Made by a program: the position numbers and the translations under genes. Shown piece after piece: positions 11,709-21,267 of a DNA stretch of 64,000 nucleotides. The notes beneath the pieces were generated by a model. It worked only from the letters and a program-made list of their open reading frames with translations, was not told the DNA's origin and ran no database searches. How positions within the stretch are numbered: position 1 is the stretch's first letter; every line of letters starts with the position of its first letter. Source of the stretch: an uncultured Methanosarcinales archaeon (GTDB taxonomy: Archaea > Nanobdellota > Nanobdellia > Woesearchaeales > 21-14-0-10-32-9); the NCBI GenBank assembly GCA_964548665.1, contig CAZJQL010000001.1, positions 5,462 to 69,461 of the forward strand, in the 5' to 3' direction.

Positions 11709-12938
11709 ATGTTTAATAAGTATTTTAAGAATCTAAGTGTTGAAAAGAAGAATGCCTTGTGGCTCATTATCTTGTTTGGTGTAATCAGTCTTCTAGGGGA
11801 TATTATTTACGAGGGTGCAAGAAGCGTTAATGGTCCCTACTTGAACACATTGGGAGCAAATGCAGCAATCGTCGGCTTGGTTGTAGGTATTGGAGAATTG
11901 CTTGGTTATGCTATACGATTGCTCTCAGGATACTTCTCTGATAAGACTAAAGCGCATTGGTTCTTTACAATATTCGGATATGGCTTGCTTATTTCAGTTC
12001 CACTTCTTGCCTTGTCAAGCTATTGGCAATTTGCAACTATCTTCATAATTTTGGAGAGGATAGGCAAGGGTTTAAGAAGTCCTGCAAAAGACACAATACT
12101 TTCTCATGCTACAAAACAAGTAGGGACGGGAATAGGATTTGGAATAGCAGAATTCTTAGATCAGATCGGTGCAACAATCGGACCACTTATTTTCACATTC
12201 TTTTTTGTCAGTTTAGGATCTGCCCAAAAAACAGTCTCTGATTATCAGCACGGATATGCATTGTTCTGGTTGCCTTTTATCATATTAATGATGGTCTTAT
12301 TTTTTGCATACTTTAAAGTCAAAAATCCAGAAGCACTGGAAAAAGAGGACAAGATAAAAGAATCAAAAGGAATTCCAAAAATATTCTGGACTTATGCAAT
12401 ATTCTCGTTTGTTACAACTATTGGATTCATTAATTTTGCAATAGTAGGATATCATATGAAAGTGAATGGATTATTTTCAGATGCACAAATACCTCTGTTA
12501 TATGCGTTTGCAATGATGGTCGATGCAATTTTTGGTCTAATTGTAGGAAGACTTTATGATAAGATCAAAACAAAGCACAATCACGACCATTCAGGATTAT
12601 TATTGTTAATAGGACTTCCAATAGTTACTGCCCTTATCTTGCCAATGATTTTCTCGTTCACCCTTTCAATGATCCTAATCGGTGTATTCTTGTGGGGTGT
12701 CGTGATGGGCTCACACGAAACCATAATGAAAGCAGCAATCGCAGACATCACTGCAATCAACAAAAGAGGAACAGCCTACGGGGCATTTAATGTAATCTAC
12801 GGAATTGCATTGTTCATTGGAAGCGTGCTTTCAGGATTCTTATATGAGATATCGATTAATTTGATGATAACTGTACTCATGTGCATGCAAGTAATAGCAA
12901 TGATCATATTCTTTAAACTAAAAAAAGATTTGAACTAA
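11709..12938 (+). CDS. MFS transporter
   Basis: 409 aa, about 12 TM, MFS-type loop motifs. Confidence 0.7.
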   Translation: MFNKYFKNLSVEKKNALWLIILFGVISLLGDIIYEGARSVNGPYLNTLGANAAIVGLVVGIGELLGYAIRLLSGYFSDKTKAHWFFTIFGYGLLISVPLLALSSYWQFATIFIILERIGKGLRSPAKDTILSHATKQVGTGIGFGIAEFLDQIGATIGPLIFTFFFVSLGSAQKTVSDYQHGYALFWLPFIILMMVLFFAYFKVKNPEALEKEDKIKESKGIPKIFWTYAIFSFVTTIGFINFAIVGYHMKVNGLFSDAQIPLLYAFAMMVDAIFGLIVGRLYDKIKTKHNHDHSGLLLLIGLPIVTALILPMIFSFTLSMILIGVFLWGVVMGSHETIMKAAIADITAINKRGTAYGAFNVIYGIALFIGSVLSGFLYEISINLMITVLMCMQVIAMIIFFKLKKDLN

Positions 12939-12996
12939 AATTTATCTCTTATTTTGAATCCGCTCTGATTATTCATTTTAAATGATCATCTATTGC

Positions 12997-13114
12997 TATT
13001 CACGAATTTAACCATTCCAATCGCTACGTTGTTCTACGAGGGTGTTTATATAGGTATTTGAGCATCCCTCGACGTGAACATAGGAGGTAAACCACAATGG
13101 CAAAGAAAGCAGAC
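12997..13114 (+). promoter_or_regulatory. promoter/leader module copy B: TATA box tttatata (13045-13052), perfect 6-bp inverted repeat cgaggg(13037-42)/ccctcg(13066-71), SD, MAKKAD
   Basis: Direct repeat of 2861-2978. Confidence 0.55.
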
Positions 13115-13345
13115 AAATCGTTTTACACGTTAGCACAAAAAGTGCTCCAGGAACAAAACAAACCAATGCATTACGCAGACATAACAAAGGAGATCTTAAA
13201 GATCAAGGAAACCAAAGGCAAGACGCCAGAGCGAACAGTAATGGCAGTAATACTAAGAGACAAGCACAATATCTTTACAAGTGTAGGCGAGGGTATCTTT
13301 GGATTAAGCTCGTTTCAAAGTAGCCCAAAAGCTACCAAAGCTTAG
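13097..13345 (+). CDS. HARE-HTH domain protein (RpoE-delta/restriction-associated wHTH)
   Basis: 82 aa; the pattern A..VL......PMHY.DI...IL......GKTPE.TV.AVILRD...F..VGEGIFGL matches the HARE-HTH fold. Confidence 0.6.
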   Translation: MAKKADKSFYTLAQKVLQEQNKPMHYADITKEILKIKETKGKTPERTVMAVILRDKHNIFTSVGEGIFGLSSFQSSPKATKA

Positions 13346-13635
13346 AGAATTACGCTTGCCGCAACTATTCCTTTTTTGCTAAGGTGTGCAGAGAGCATTG
13401 AGTTAAACATTTTATTATGGCTAGAATATCTCAGATGTAAGAGTTCATGAACGATTACTTTGGATCTTGTCTGATAATTCTTATTGAGTAATGCGTATGA
13501 GAATGTGACTCTTCCCTTAGATGAACAGCTCGCCCATTTTCTACTCATTGCCCGTACATGAATTTCTTTAGGCTTCACCCCTATATCTTCTGCCCAATGC
13601 ATCACTTCTCTTTTGAAATCATTGACTGGAATCAT
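13342..13635 (-). CDS. DUF45/YgjP-like zinc metallohydrolase (short form), last gene of the Type I R-M operon
   Basis: SRKWASCSS...VIVHELLHL...HNKMF matches the DUF45 C-terminal catalytic half (HExxH). Start codon lies 2 bp past the hsdR stop. Confidence 0.65.
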   Translation of the reverse strand: MIPVNDFKREVMHWAEDIGVKPKEIHVRAMSRKWASCSSKGRVTFSYALLNKNYQTRSKVIVHELLHLRYSSHNKMFNSMLSAHLSKKGIVAASVIL

Positions 13636-16553
13636 TCGTTTGCACCTTTAAGCATCGTTGTTATCTTAGTGGTCAATTCGACAGTCTTTTTAACGGTTGT
13701 CCCTGATTTTACGAAAACTTTCTGGAGCTCTTGCTTTAATTTCCGCTCATGATCTTCACTTTTCTTCCAATGAGGATATTTTTCGAAAATATTTTTCATA
13801 CTGTTGGCTTTTTCTTCAGCATCACTTAAGCCTTCATCTTTTAATAGCCAATAGACTGAGAAGACGTCAGTGGACATCTTCATTTTCTTTTGTTCTTTTT
13901 TAGCGTGGTTTATCTCGGTAACGAGTTCTTTTAATTCATCAAGTGTTTCTTCAGTATCTTTTTGTCTTTGTTTGTAAAGCATAGAGATTAGCTCTGCTTT
14001 TTGGCCTATTGATACAAGGTATGGATTACTGCTTGCGCCATGCTCGATAGATATTCCGATGCTTCTTAAGAGATTGAATATTTTCTCTGTATCGGAAGAT
14101 TTGTTCTCATCAAGCTTCTTTAAAGTGGTCTCGTTTATCTCGTAAATTTCCAGAGTGGACTTTATCTTTCCGCTGTGGGTGTGTTCTTGGACAAGCTTCG
14201 CTGTTTTTCTTGTGAATTCTTTGTCAACAGATATTCCTGGTTCGTATGCTTCTCTTAATATCTTGAACATTCTTGCTAAGGTGTCAAATTCTTCAATGTA
14301 TGGTCTTAGGAATGCGTCTGGTGATAATATCTCATAGATGTCTGACATCTCTTTGAAGAATTGATAGAAGTCTTGTCTTTTTGTTTCGTCTTTGAAATAA
14401 TCGAGTACTGCTTCAACTGCTTTATCTTTGGTTTTTCCTTTCAGCAGCTTAAGATAATCTTTTCTTGCAGTAGTTATGAGTTCTTCAAATCGTTTCTTTA
14501 AGACTTCAAGATCTTTGACTACTTCAGTCACATCTCCAGAATCAAATGCGAGGGCTTTCTCAAGCTTGTCGAAAATTCCGACGAAGTCAAGAACAAATCC
14601 TGAAGGCTTCTTTCTGCCCTCTTCATCCTCATATGGTCTGTTGACTCTTGCAATTGCCTGCAATAAAACGTGATCTCTCATAGGCTTATCAAGATACATA
14701 CAGTAAAGGATCGGAGCATCAAATCCAGTCAATAATTTCTCAGTAACAATTAATATCTTCGGCTGTTTGTTAGGGCTTCTGAATGCTTTTCTTATTCTCT
14801 TTTCTTTTTCCGTTGTGATATAATATTTCGCTAAGTTTTCCTGGTCGTTATGTGCTGGACTGTAAACAACTTCTGAATATTCTTTTGGAAGATATTTGTC
14901 GATTTCTTCTTTGTATAATGCACACGCCTCTCTATCTACCGCAACGATAAAAGCTTTGTAGCCCATTGGCTCTACATTATTCTTGAAATGGTCTACTATG
15001 AATTTAGTGACTTTCTTTACTCTCTGCTTATTCTTCAGCATATTTTTGAGAGTGACTGCTTTTTCTAGGACCTTGTTTAATGATTCTATGTCACTTATTC
15101 CTTCTGCTTCTGCGAGGTTTAGGAATTCTTTTTCAAGAATTTCTTTCTCAGGTCTTATCTCATTAGGAGCTAATGTATAGTGGAGTTTGACTGTTGTTCC
15201 GTCTTCTATTGATTCTGCAATTCCATATTTGTCAAGATATCCTTTTGGAGGATCATCTCTTCCAAAGACCACAAATGTGCCTTTTCCATGAGAAGTCTTG
15301 TCAATTGGCGTTCCTGTAAATCCGAGATATGTTGCATTAGGTAAAGCTCCCATCAAGTAATTTCCTAAGTCTCCACCTGTTGTCCTATGTGCTTCGTCTA
15401 CAAGGACAATTATGTTTTTTCTGGTATTGATGTTTGCAGGTAATCCTTCAAACTTGTGAATCATAGAAATGATTAATCCTCTTGCGTCTCTTTCCAATAG
15501 ATCTTTCAGATGCTTTTTTGTTTCAGCAACTTCGATATGCTCAATGCCGACTGCAGTAAGATTTCCAAATAGTTGTGTCTCTAACTCATTTCTGTCGACA
15601 AGCATAATTACAGTTGGATTCTCGAAGAGCGGGTTTGCAAGGATTCTCTGGGCTGCAACAATCATGGTGAATGTTTTTCCGCTTCCTTGAGTGTGCCAAA
15701 CCAATGCCCTATTTTTCTTTTTGCTTGAAGCTCTCTCCACAAGCTTTTCAACTGCTCGCATTTGATGAGGTCTTAAGACGACCTTTTGCAGTTCATCATC
15801 TTGCCTTGTAAATAGTATGAAATGCAATAATGTTTTTACAAGCCTTTCCTTATCAAAGAAAGTCTTGACCATCTCTTCATAGTTCTTTGCAAGAGTGTCG
15901 GTCTTCCAATTGAAGACAGATTTCATTGACAACGACCATGTCGATGAATATAAGAAATGAATAATGTTTGTTGCAGTGTAGACTTGAAATAAGGTCATCG
16001 CTTCAGGAGTCTCTTTATGATATCTTCTGACCTGGTCTAATGCTTCTGCAATGATGGAGTCCCTGTTTACTGATCTTCCAATAAATTTAGCGACTGATTT
16101 TGTTTCGACAAAAAGGATAGGGACTCCGTTAATCAAAAACGCTACATCGTAACGATTTGTGTTTGTGCCGTTTGTATATGAGAATTCATCAGTAACTTGG
16201 AAAATGTTTCTTTTCGGGTTCTCATCGACGATTATGACATTTCTTTCTCTCTTTTCATTTTGAACAAATACTGTTTTTAATCCTCTTAAGTATTCCCACG
16301 CTTGAAGATTTCCCTCAATTCTTGCAGGCAATCGCTCAATCTTTTTGATGAGCTCTTCAATCATTATAGAGTCAATAAAATCAGAATTTAGCTTTCCGAC
16401 TTGTTCAGTAAAAACTTCCTTGAATAAAAGCCCAGTCTTTCCACCCCTAAGCCTAATTGCATCCTCTGGCTTGACATATTCCCATCCAATTTCACACGCA
16501 TATTGGATAAGTGTATTTTGGACTGCAGCTCTTTCGTTTCCCAATTTATTCAT
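13632..16553 (-). CDS. hsdR: Type I restriction enzyme R subunit
   Basis: 973 aa; N-terminal nuclease region, SF2 helicase motifs TQGSGKT and DEAHRT, C-terminal helical domain. Confidence 0.9.
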   Translation of the reverse strand: MNKLGNERAAVQNTLIQYACEIGWEYVKPEDAIRLRGGKTGLLFKEVFTEQVGKLNSDFIDSIMIEELIKKIERLPARIEGNLQAWEYLRGLKTVFVQNEKRERNVIIVDENPKRNIFQVTDEFSYTNGTNTNRYDVAFLINGVPILFVETKSVAKFIGRSVNRDSIIAEALDQVRRYHKETPEAMTLFQVYTATNIIHFLYSSTWSLSMKSVFNWKTDTLAKNYEEMVKTFFDKERLVKTLLHFILFTRQDDELQKVVLRPHQMRAVEKLVERASSKKKNRALVWHTQGSGKTFTMIVAAQRILANPLFENPTVIMLVDRNELETQLFGNLTAVGIEHIEVAETKKHLKDLLERDARGLIISMIHKFEGLPANINTRKNIIVLVDEAHRTTGGDLGNYLMGALPNATYLGFTGTPIDKTSHGKGTFVVFGRDDPPKGYLDKYGIAESIEDGTTVKLHYTLAPNEIRPEKEILEKEFLNLAEAEGISDIESLNKVLEKAVTLKNMLKNKQRVKKVTKFIVDHFKNNVEPMGYKAFIVAVDREACALYKEEIDKYLPKEYSEVVYSPAHNDQENLAKYYITTEKEKRIRKAFRSPNKQPKILIVTEKLLTGFDAPILYCMYLDKPMRDHVLLQAIARVNRPYEDEEGRKKPSGFVLDFVGIFDKLEKALAFDSGDVTEVVKDLEVLKKRFEELITTARKDYLKLLKGKTKDKAVEAVLDYFKDETKRQDFYQFFKEMSDIYEILSPDAFLRPYIEEFDTLARMFKILREAYEPGISVDKEFTRKTAKLVQEHTHSGKIKSTLEIYEINETTLKKLDENKSSDTEKIFNLLRSIGISIEHGASSNPYLVSIGQKAELISMLYKQRQKDTEETLDELKELVTEINHAKKEQKKMKMSTDVFSVYWLLKDEGLSDAEEKANSMKNIFEKYPHWKKSEDHERKLKQELQKVFVKSGTTVKKTVELTTKITTMLKGANE

Positions 16554-17083
16554 TTCAAATCCCCTAATAATTTCTCCATCTCAAAAATGAAGTTTTTAGC
16601 TCTCTTCAAAGAAGTAATTGCTTTAGAATGCTTCTCGACAGCAGTTGTTTCATACTGAAGAATGCCTCTTTTATTCCTTTCCTGATCGAATTCCTCAATT
16701 AACGTATCTGCCTTGATTCCAGGAAGGGCTTCATTCTGCGCTTCTTCGTACTCTTCCAATAATCTCTTCTTAAGTTTATTTCTTACATGAACAATAAGCG
16801 CATCAGCTGTAACTTTGTGAGGTATCTTATCCCCTACTTTGTAGCCTATCTTGAATAAGACTGCATTGGCCATATAAAACATCGAGTAATATGATGTGAC
16901 AATAATCCACAAATCTGATTTCTTGTTCTTCGCTAGAAATTCAGCAATCTCAATGCTATCATTGGAATTATTCAATAAGACTGTGATAATTTCTTCCCTG
17001 AATTGATGCTTTTTTAGCATACCTGATTGCAAGTATTCTCGGACATTAGCTTCTGCTTCCTTTATTCTTTTATCATCAAGCAT
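16550..17083 (-). CDS. HEPN-domain protein (putative toxin/RNase) paired with MNT
   Basis: 177 aa; all-alpha HEPN-like core (YYSMFYMANAVLFKIGYKVGDKIPH...). 8-bp overlap with the upstream MNT and 4-bp overlap with hsdR. Confidence 0.55.
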   Translation of the reverse strand: MLDDKRIKEAEANVREYLQSGMLKKHQFREEIITVLLNNSNDSIEIAEFLAKNKKSDLWIIVTSYYSMFYMANAVLFKIGYKVGDKIPHKVTADALIVHVRNKLKKRLLEEYEEAQNEALPGIKADTLIEEFDQERNKRGILQYETTAVEKHSKAITSLKRAKNFIFEMEKLLGDLK

Positions 17084-17642
17084 TGTTCATCAACCTATAA
17101 TAATCCTCTACTCCAAAAAGCACAATATTATGTTTAACTGCTTCAGACACGACGGTAAATTCCTTTGATTTTAGCATTGATTCAAAATTCTCATAAGTAA
17201 TATGAGTTAAGTGAATATTAAGAGGAAGCAAATTAACCTGAGTCTCAATCTTTTTAGAATTACTCGATATAAGCAATAAATCAATATCTGAACCTTTGGT
17301 CTGTTGACCCTTAGAATAAGAACCAAATAATAGCAGAATAAACTGCTCATTAACCTTAGCTAACCGATTATATAATACAAGGAAATTCTTGTCTTTTAAG
17401 AGCTCTTGAAGCCTCGTAAATTCGACTTGAAATACAGAATCATTGAACTTATGATTAAAAGAGCAAATAGTGGTGTTCCCCTGTTTTTTAAGACTAACCA
17501 CGCCTTCTTTCGCAAGATCTTTAAGACTCGTATAAGCGGATTTATAATTGATTTGCCTCTGAATTCCAATCTGCCTAATGCTAAATACTTTCTCCTGATT
17601 CTCGATAAGCAACTTCAATATATTCAAACGTTCATTATCCAT
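17076..17642 (-). CDS. minimal nucleotidyltransferase (MNT) with N-terminal wHTH
   Basis: LLLFGSYSKGQQTKGSDIDLLLI is the pol-beta-type NTase GS...DxD motif; N-terminal wHTH. Confidence 0.7.
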   Translation of the reverse strand: MDNERLNILKLLIENQEKVFSIRQIGIQRQINYKSAYTSLKDLAKEGVVSLKKQGNTTICSFNHKFNDSVFQVEFTRLQELLKDKNFLVLYNRLAKVNEQFILLLFGSYSKGQQTKGSDIDLLLISSNSKKIETQVNLLPLNIHLTHITYENFESMLKSKEFTVVSEAVKHNIVLFGVEDYYRLMNNA

Positions 17643-17682
17643 TGTAACCCATACAACTATGGTTTAAACCCATATATAAACT

Positions 17683-18219
17683 TTACTGTTTACTTTCGTG
17701 ATGTTCTTCCTTTTTCTTCCGCTTAAGCTTCTTAACAATCCAATCAATCACATTCTTCTTAATATCGAAATTAAAGACAGAAGCACTGATTAAATCTCCA
17801 ATAATGATAAAGATAAGAAATATATTGACGATAAAAACAACTTGATAATTGAAATAAAGCTTATTGTAAATAGCTACATAATTATTGTTCACAGTATCAA
17901 ATTTCTGATTGAGAATAGCAACATCATACCTTGAAATGTTAATCTCCTGCTTAAGATCTTCAATATCTTTTTTAGTTACGTTCTCAGTTATGAGACGAGT
18001 ATATTCAGCCCTGCACTGCTGTACATTCTGATCTAATTGACTATTTTGTTGCTTAAGGCCACTAATTTCAGAATCCTTCTGACCAACTTGAGTAATATAA
18101 GGAGCACACTGAGAATCAGTAGCTATCTTAGACAAAGAAGTAAAGACAGGAATCATAGCTAAGATGAACATCAAAGCCAAAAAGCCACCGACAATAACAG
18201 CAACAGGTCCTTCAGCCAT
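17683..18219 (-). CDS. membrane protein: TM - coiled coil - TM, basic tail; unknown function, inside the R-M operon
   Basis: 178 aa; N-terminal TM (AVIVGGFLALMFILAMIPVF), about 90-aa Q/N-rich coiled coil, second TM, KR-rich C-terminus; 1-bp spacing to hsdS. Confidence 0.45.
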   Translation of the reverse strand: MAEGPVAVIVGGFLALMFILAMIPVFTSLSKIATDSQCAPYITQVGQKDSEISGLKQQNSQLDQNVQQCRAEYTRLITENVTKKDIEDLKQEINISRYDVAILNQKFDTVNNNYVAIYNKLYFNYQVVFIVNIFLIFIIIGDLISASVFNFDIKKNVIDWIVKKLKRKKKEEHHESKQ

Positions 18220-18220
18220 C

Positions 18221-19516
18221 TTAAACCACCAAATCCTTCACTCTGACTTTAGCAGTCATAAGATCACGAAGCATAGAATTAAAGAACTCCTCAAGAGAAG
18301 CTTTCTTACGTTCCTCTGCTATGATCTTATCATCTAAAGCAGATAGAATATCTGATATTTGAATTTGAATATTTTTTTGTGGAACACCAATTTCAATATT
18401 ATCAATCAAATCTTTATTCAATCCACTTCTGTCTTCATCTCCTGTAATATTTCTAATTTTATCATAAATATTAGACAAGGCATAATGTAAATACATATAA
18501 TCTACTGATTCATTTGGGATAATGCAAACAACAGATTGATTAGATGTGCAAGGTATCTCCAGTGGTGCTGTTGTTCCTCTTGTTTTTCCTCTGCCAGCTA
18601 ATGCAATAACCACTGATTTAGGAGGTAACCATTTGGCATTTGAATTTTCCAATCCTTTTTTTGAAATAAAAGTATTCATTGATGCAATCTTTCTGCCTTG
18701 AACTTCTCCTGATTTCATCCAGGGGATCTCGGCAGGTTCCCAATACTCTTTTATTTCAGTTTTGGGAGTGCCACCTGCTATTAATTTGGAAAAATTCTTG
18801 ATTTTAAGAATTTTCCATTCGGCAGGAATTTTACCGATATCTGTATCTCGAAGCGTTACAGATTCAGCTTCTTCAGGAGTGGCCATTCCATAAGTGAACA
18901 AATGCTTCATCATGGATTTCTTCAATTCAGACAGTGAACTAATCACAGAATCCGTTTTCTCTTTTGATTCAAGTATGGCTAACAATACTGACGCTATTTT
19001 CTTCTGCTCGTCAATTTGAGGCAATATTGTAAGAAAGTTCTCAACAATTCCTTTGTTAATATTTTTCTGTGTACTCTGAATATTATGCATTGCTAACTGA
19101 GGAGCTAAATATTTCAATACAAAAGCACCAAACTCTACATTTAATTTTTCGTTTGGAATTATAGCGAGAATTGCCTGATTTGTTGCTACAGGAATTTTAT
19201 TTATTGCAGTCTCTCCAATTGTCGCATACATACTTAACAATAATGAATTTGGCGGAACTATCCAAGCACTTGATTCGTCTAATCCCTTTTTTGTGATAGT
19301 TTCTTTTGTTTTATACAAATAAATTCCGCAAGAGGTCATATCCTCTATAAGAACAAAAGGAATATCTCCATTAAAGTATTCCTTATTGCCTCGTTTAGGT
19401 GTTCCACCTGACCGCATCTTAATGGCTAAATCCTTTATTCTAATAAGATTCCAGCTTTCAGGTATCTCTCCCATTTCTGTTTGTTTTGTTCTTTCAAGGA
19501 CAGTTATATTTTTCAT
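18221..19516 (-). CDS. hsdS: Type I R-M specificity subunit
   Basis: 431 aa; two TRDs separated and followed by conserved coiled-coil repeats (LP..DEQKKIA; AEERKK...LL). Confidence 0.85.
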   Translation of the reverse strand: MKNITVLERTKQTEMGEIPESWNLIRIKDLAIKMRSGGTPKRGNKEYFNGDIPFVLIEDMTSCGIYLYKTKETITKKGLDESSAWIVPPNSLLLSMYATIGETAINKIPVATNQAILAIIPNEKLNVEFGAFVLKYLAPQLAMHNIQSTQKNINKGIVENFLTILPQIDEQKKIASVLLAILESKEKTDSVISSLSELKKSMMKHLFTYGMATPEEAESVTLRDTDIGKIPAEWKILKIKNFSKLIAGGTPKTEIKEYWEPAEIPWMKSGEVQGRKIASMNTFISKKGLENSNAKWLPPKSVVIALAGRGKTRGTTAPLEIPCTSNQSVVCIIPNESVDYMYLHYALSNIYDKIRNITGDEDRSGLNKDLIDNIEIGVPQKNIQIQISDILSALDDKIIAEERKKASLEEFFNSMLRDLMTAKVRVKDLVV

Positions 19517-21267
19517 TTTGATTCCTCTAATAAGCTGATGGGTTTCTTTTGATATTTTTCTGCTTTCTTCAAGAATAGTTTTGCTTTGGAAGGCTCGTGC
19601 AATGGTTTAATTGCTGCAGCTTTTATTCTCCATGCATCGCTGTTCTTCTCATTAAATCTGATCACTGCGTCGGCATCTTCTATTGCTTTATTCCATTGAT
19701 GCGTATCCAGGAAAGCTCTTGCTCTGTCCAATAAGAATTCTTCTTTTCTCCAGAGTCTTAATGCCTTATCAAAGTAATTCAATGCTTCTTTTGGTTTCTT
19801 TTTAGCTAATAGCACAACTCCTTTTTTATTTAGTACATAAGCATTTTTTGGAAAGAAGGTGTAGGCCAAATCAATAATTTCTTCTGCTGTTTGTATATTA
19901 CCAGAGTTTAAGAAAACAACAGTCTTATTTGACCAACCTAATGAGAAATTCTTGTCTTTTTCTATTGTTTTCTCAAAACACTCCAGAGCTAAATTAAGAT
20001 ATTTTTCTGTATTTTGATATTTTGAATTCTTCTCGTAAATAACTCCCTTGTTGTTTATTGAATTGACATTATCTGGCTCTTTTTTCAGCAGTTCTTCATT
20101 TAGTTTAAAGGCGTTTTTGAGGTCGATAAGTTCAATGTAAACATCTACTTTTAGGCTCTGTAGAACTGCTGATTTATTTACGTGCTCTTCTTTCTCATCA
20201 AGGAATTTCAAAGCTTCTTCTGATCTATCTAATGCTTTTAGTATCTCTGTCTTTGTTTGAATAGCGACAATAAAGATAGGATCAACTTCTAAAGCCTTTT
20301 CTACATAAGGCAGTGCTTCTTCAGGTTCACCTTGCCTATTTAGATTATGAGCCTTATTGTTTAATGCAAATTTATGTTTGGCATCAATTTCAAGAACAGC
20401 ATCATAGCAGACGGTCGACTCGTCAACCTTATCTATTCTTTCAAGAATAAATCCTTTGTTCAATAGTGCTTCTGTATTTTTAGGTGTTATCTCAAGTGAT
20501 TTATCCAAAAACATTAATGCATCGTCTTCTTTTTGTAATGCGAAGAAGAACATGCTCATTTTGGAGTAAACTAAAGCCTTGAGATTTATCTCAGTATCTT
20601 TCATATTGATTAATGCATTCTTGAGCTCTTCAGCAACTTCATGAGGATTATTCAGATTAATAGTTTTTGTAGTATTGAATTGGAATTGAATACCAAATCT
20701 TTTTCCTAAATCAGTAGACTGTTGAATTGCTGTTTCTGGTTTCTTTATATCGATTAATGGCGGAACTTCCTCGTCAGGAAAATACGCTTTGCATATGTCT
20801 GGAATCTCAAAAAGAAGATCTAAGAACTTTGTTCCTGTCCAATCGTTTATTTCGCACCTGTTCTTTTTATTCCAATTATCCATATCATCTTTGCAGTCAG
20901 GGGTTGAATCGGAATTCGATAGTATAAAGAATCTTTTTATTCCTTGATCTTGGGCTTTTTGAACTTCTGTAGAAAATTGTTTAAAATTAACTCCTGCTTT
21001 TTGTCTCTTGCATTGAAACCAGCATTTCTCACGTTTTTCTTCTTTGGCAATTTTTACAATAAACTCGGCTTCTAAGTCTCTGCCACCATCTCCTCCTTTT
21101 CCTCGAGTAATTGGATTAATAAAGTTATTTCTCTTGATGATATCATAGCAAAGATTCTGGAAATCGTCAGGAGATAATTCATTGAGAAGTTTCTTCCATT
21201 CTTCTCTTTTTTTAATCTCTTTTTGCTTCATATTAACATAACCTCTCCACCCAGAATTTAGCTTCAC
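19513..21267 (-). CDS. Mrr_cat-type PD-(D/E)xK nuclease domain fused to a C-terminal TPR-repeat array
   Basis: N-terminal roughly 170 aa: RGKGGDGGRDLEAE...WFQCKRQ matches the Mrr catalytic core. The rest is about 400 aa of TPR-like repeats. Confidence 0.6.
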   Translation of the reverse strand: MKLNSGWRGYVNMKQKEIKKREEWKKLLNELSPDDFQNLCYDIIKRNNFINPITRGKGGDGGRDLEAEFIVKIAKEEKREKCWFQCKRQKAGVNFKQFSTEVQKAQDQGIKRFFILSNSDSTPDCKDDMDNWNKKNRCEINDWTGTKFLDLLFEIPDICKAYFPDEEVPPLIDIKKPETAIQQSTDLGKRFGIQFQFNTTKTINLNNPHEVAEELKNALINMKDTEINLKALVYSKMSMFFFALQKEDDALMFLDKSLEITPKNTEALLNKGFILERIDKVDESTVCYDAVLEIDAKHKFALNNKAHNLNRQGEPEEALPYVEKALEVDPIFIVAIQTKTEILKALDRSEEALKFLDEKEEHVNKSAVLQSLKVDVYIELIDLKNAFKLNEELLKKEPDNVNSINNKGVIYEKNSKYQNTEKYLNLALECFEKTIEKDKNFSLGWSNKTVVFLNSGNIQTAEEIIDLAYTFFPKNAYVLNKKGVVLLAKKKPKEALNYFDKALRLWRKEEFLLDRARAFLDTHQWNKAIEDADAVIRFNEKNSDAWRIKAAAIKPLHEPSKAKLFLKKAEKYQKKPISLLEESK

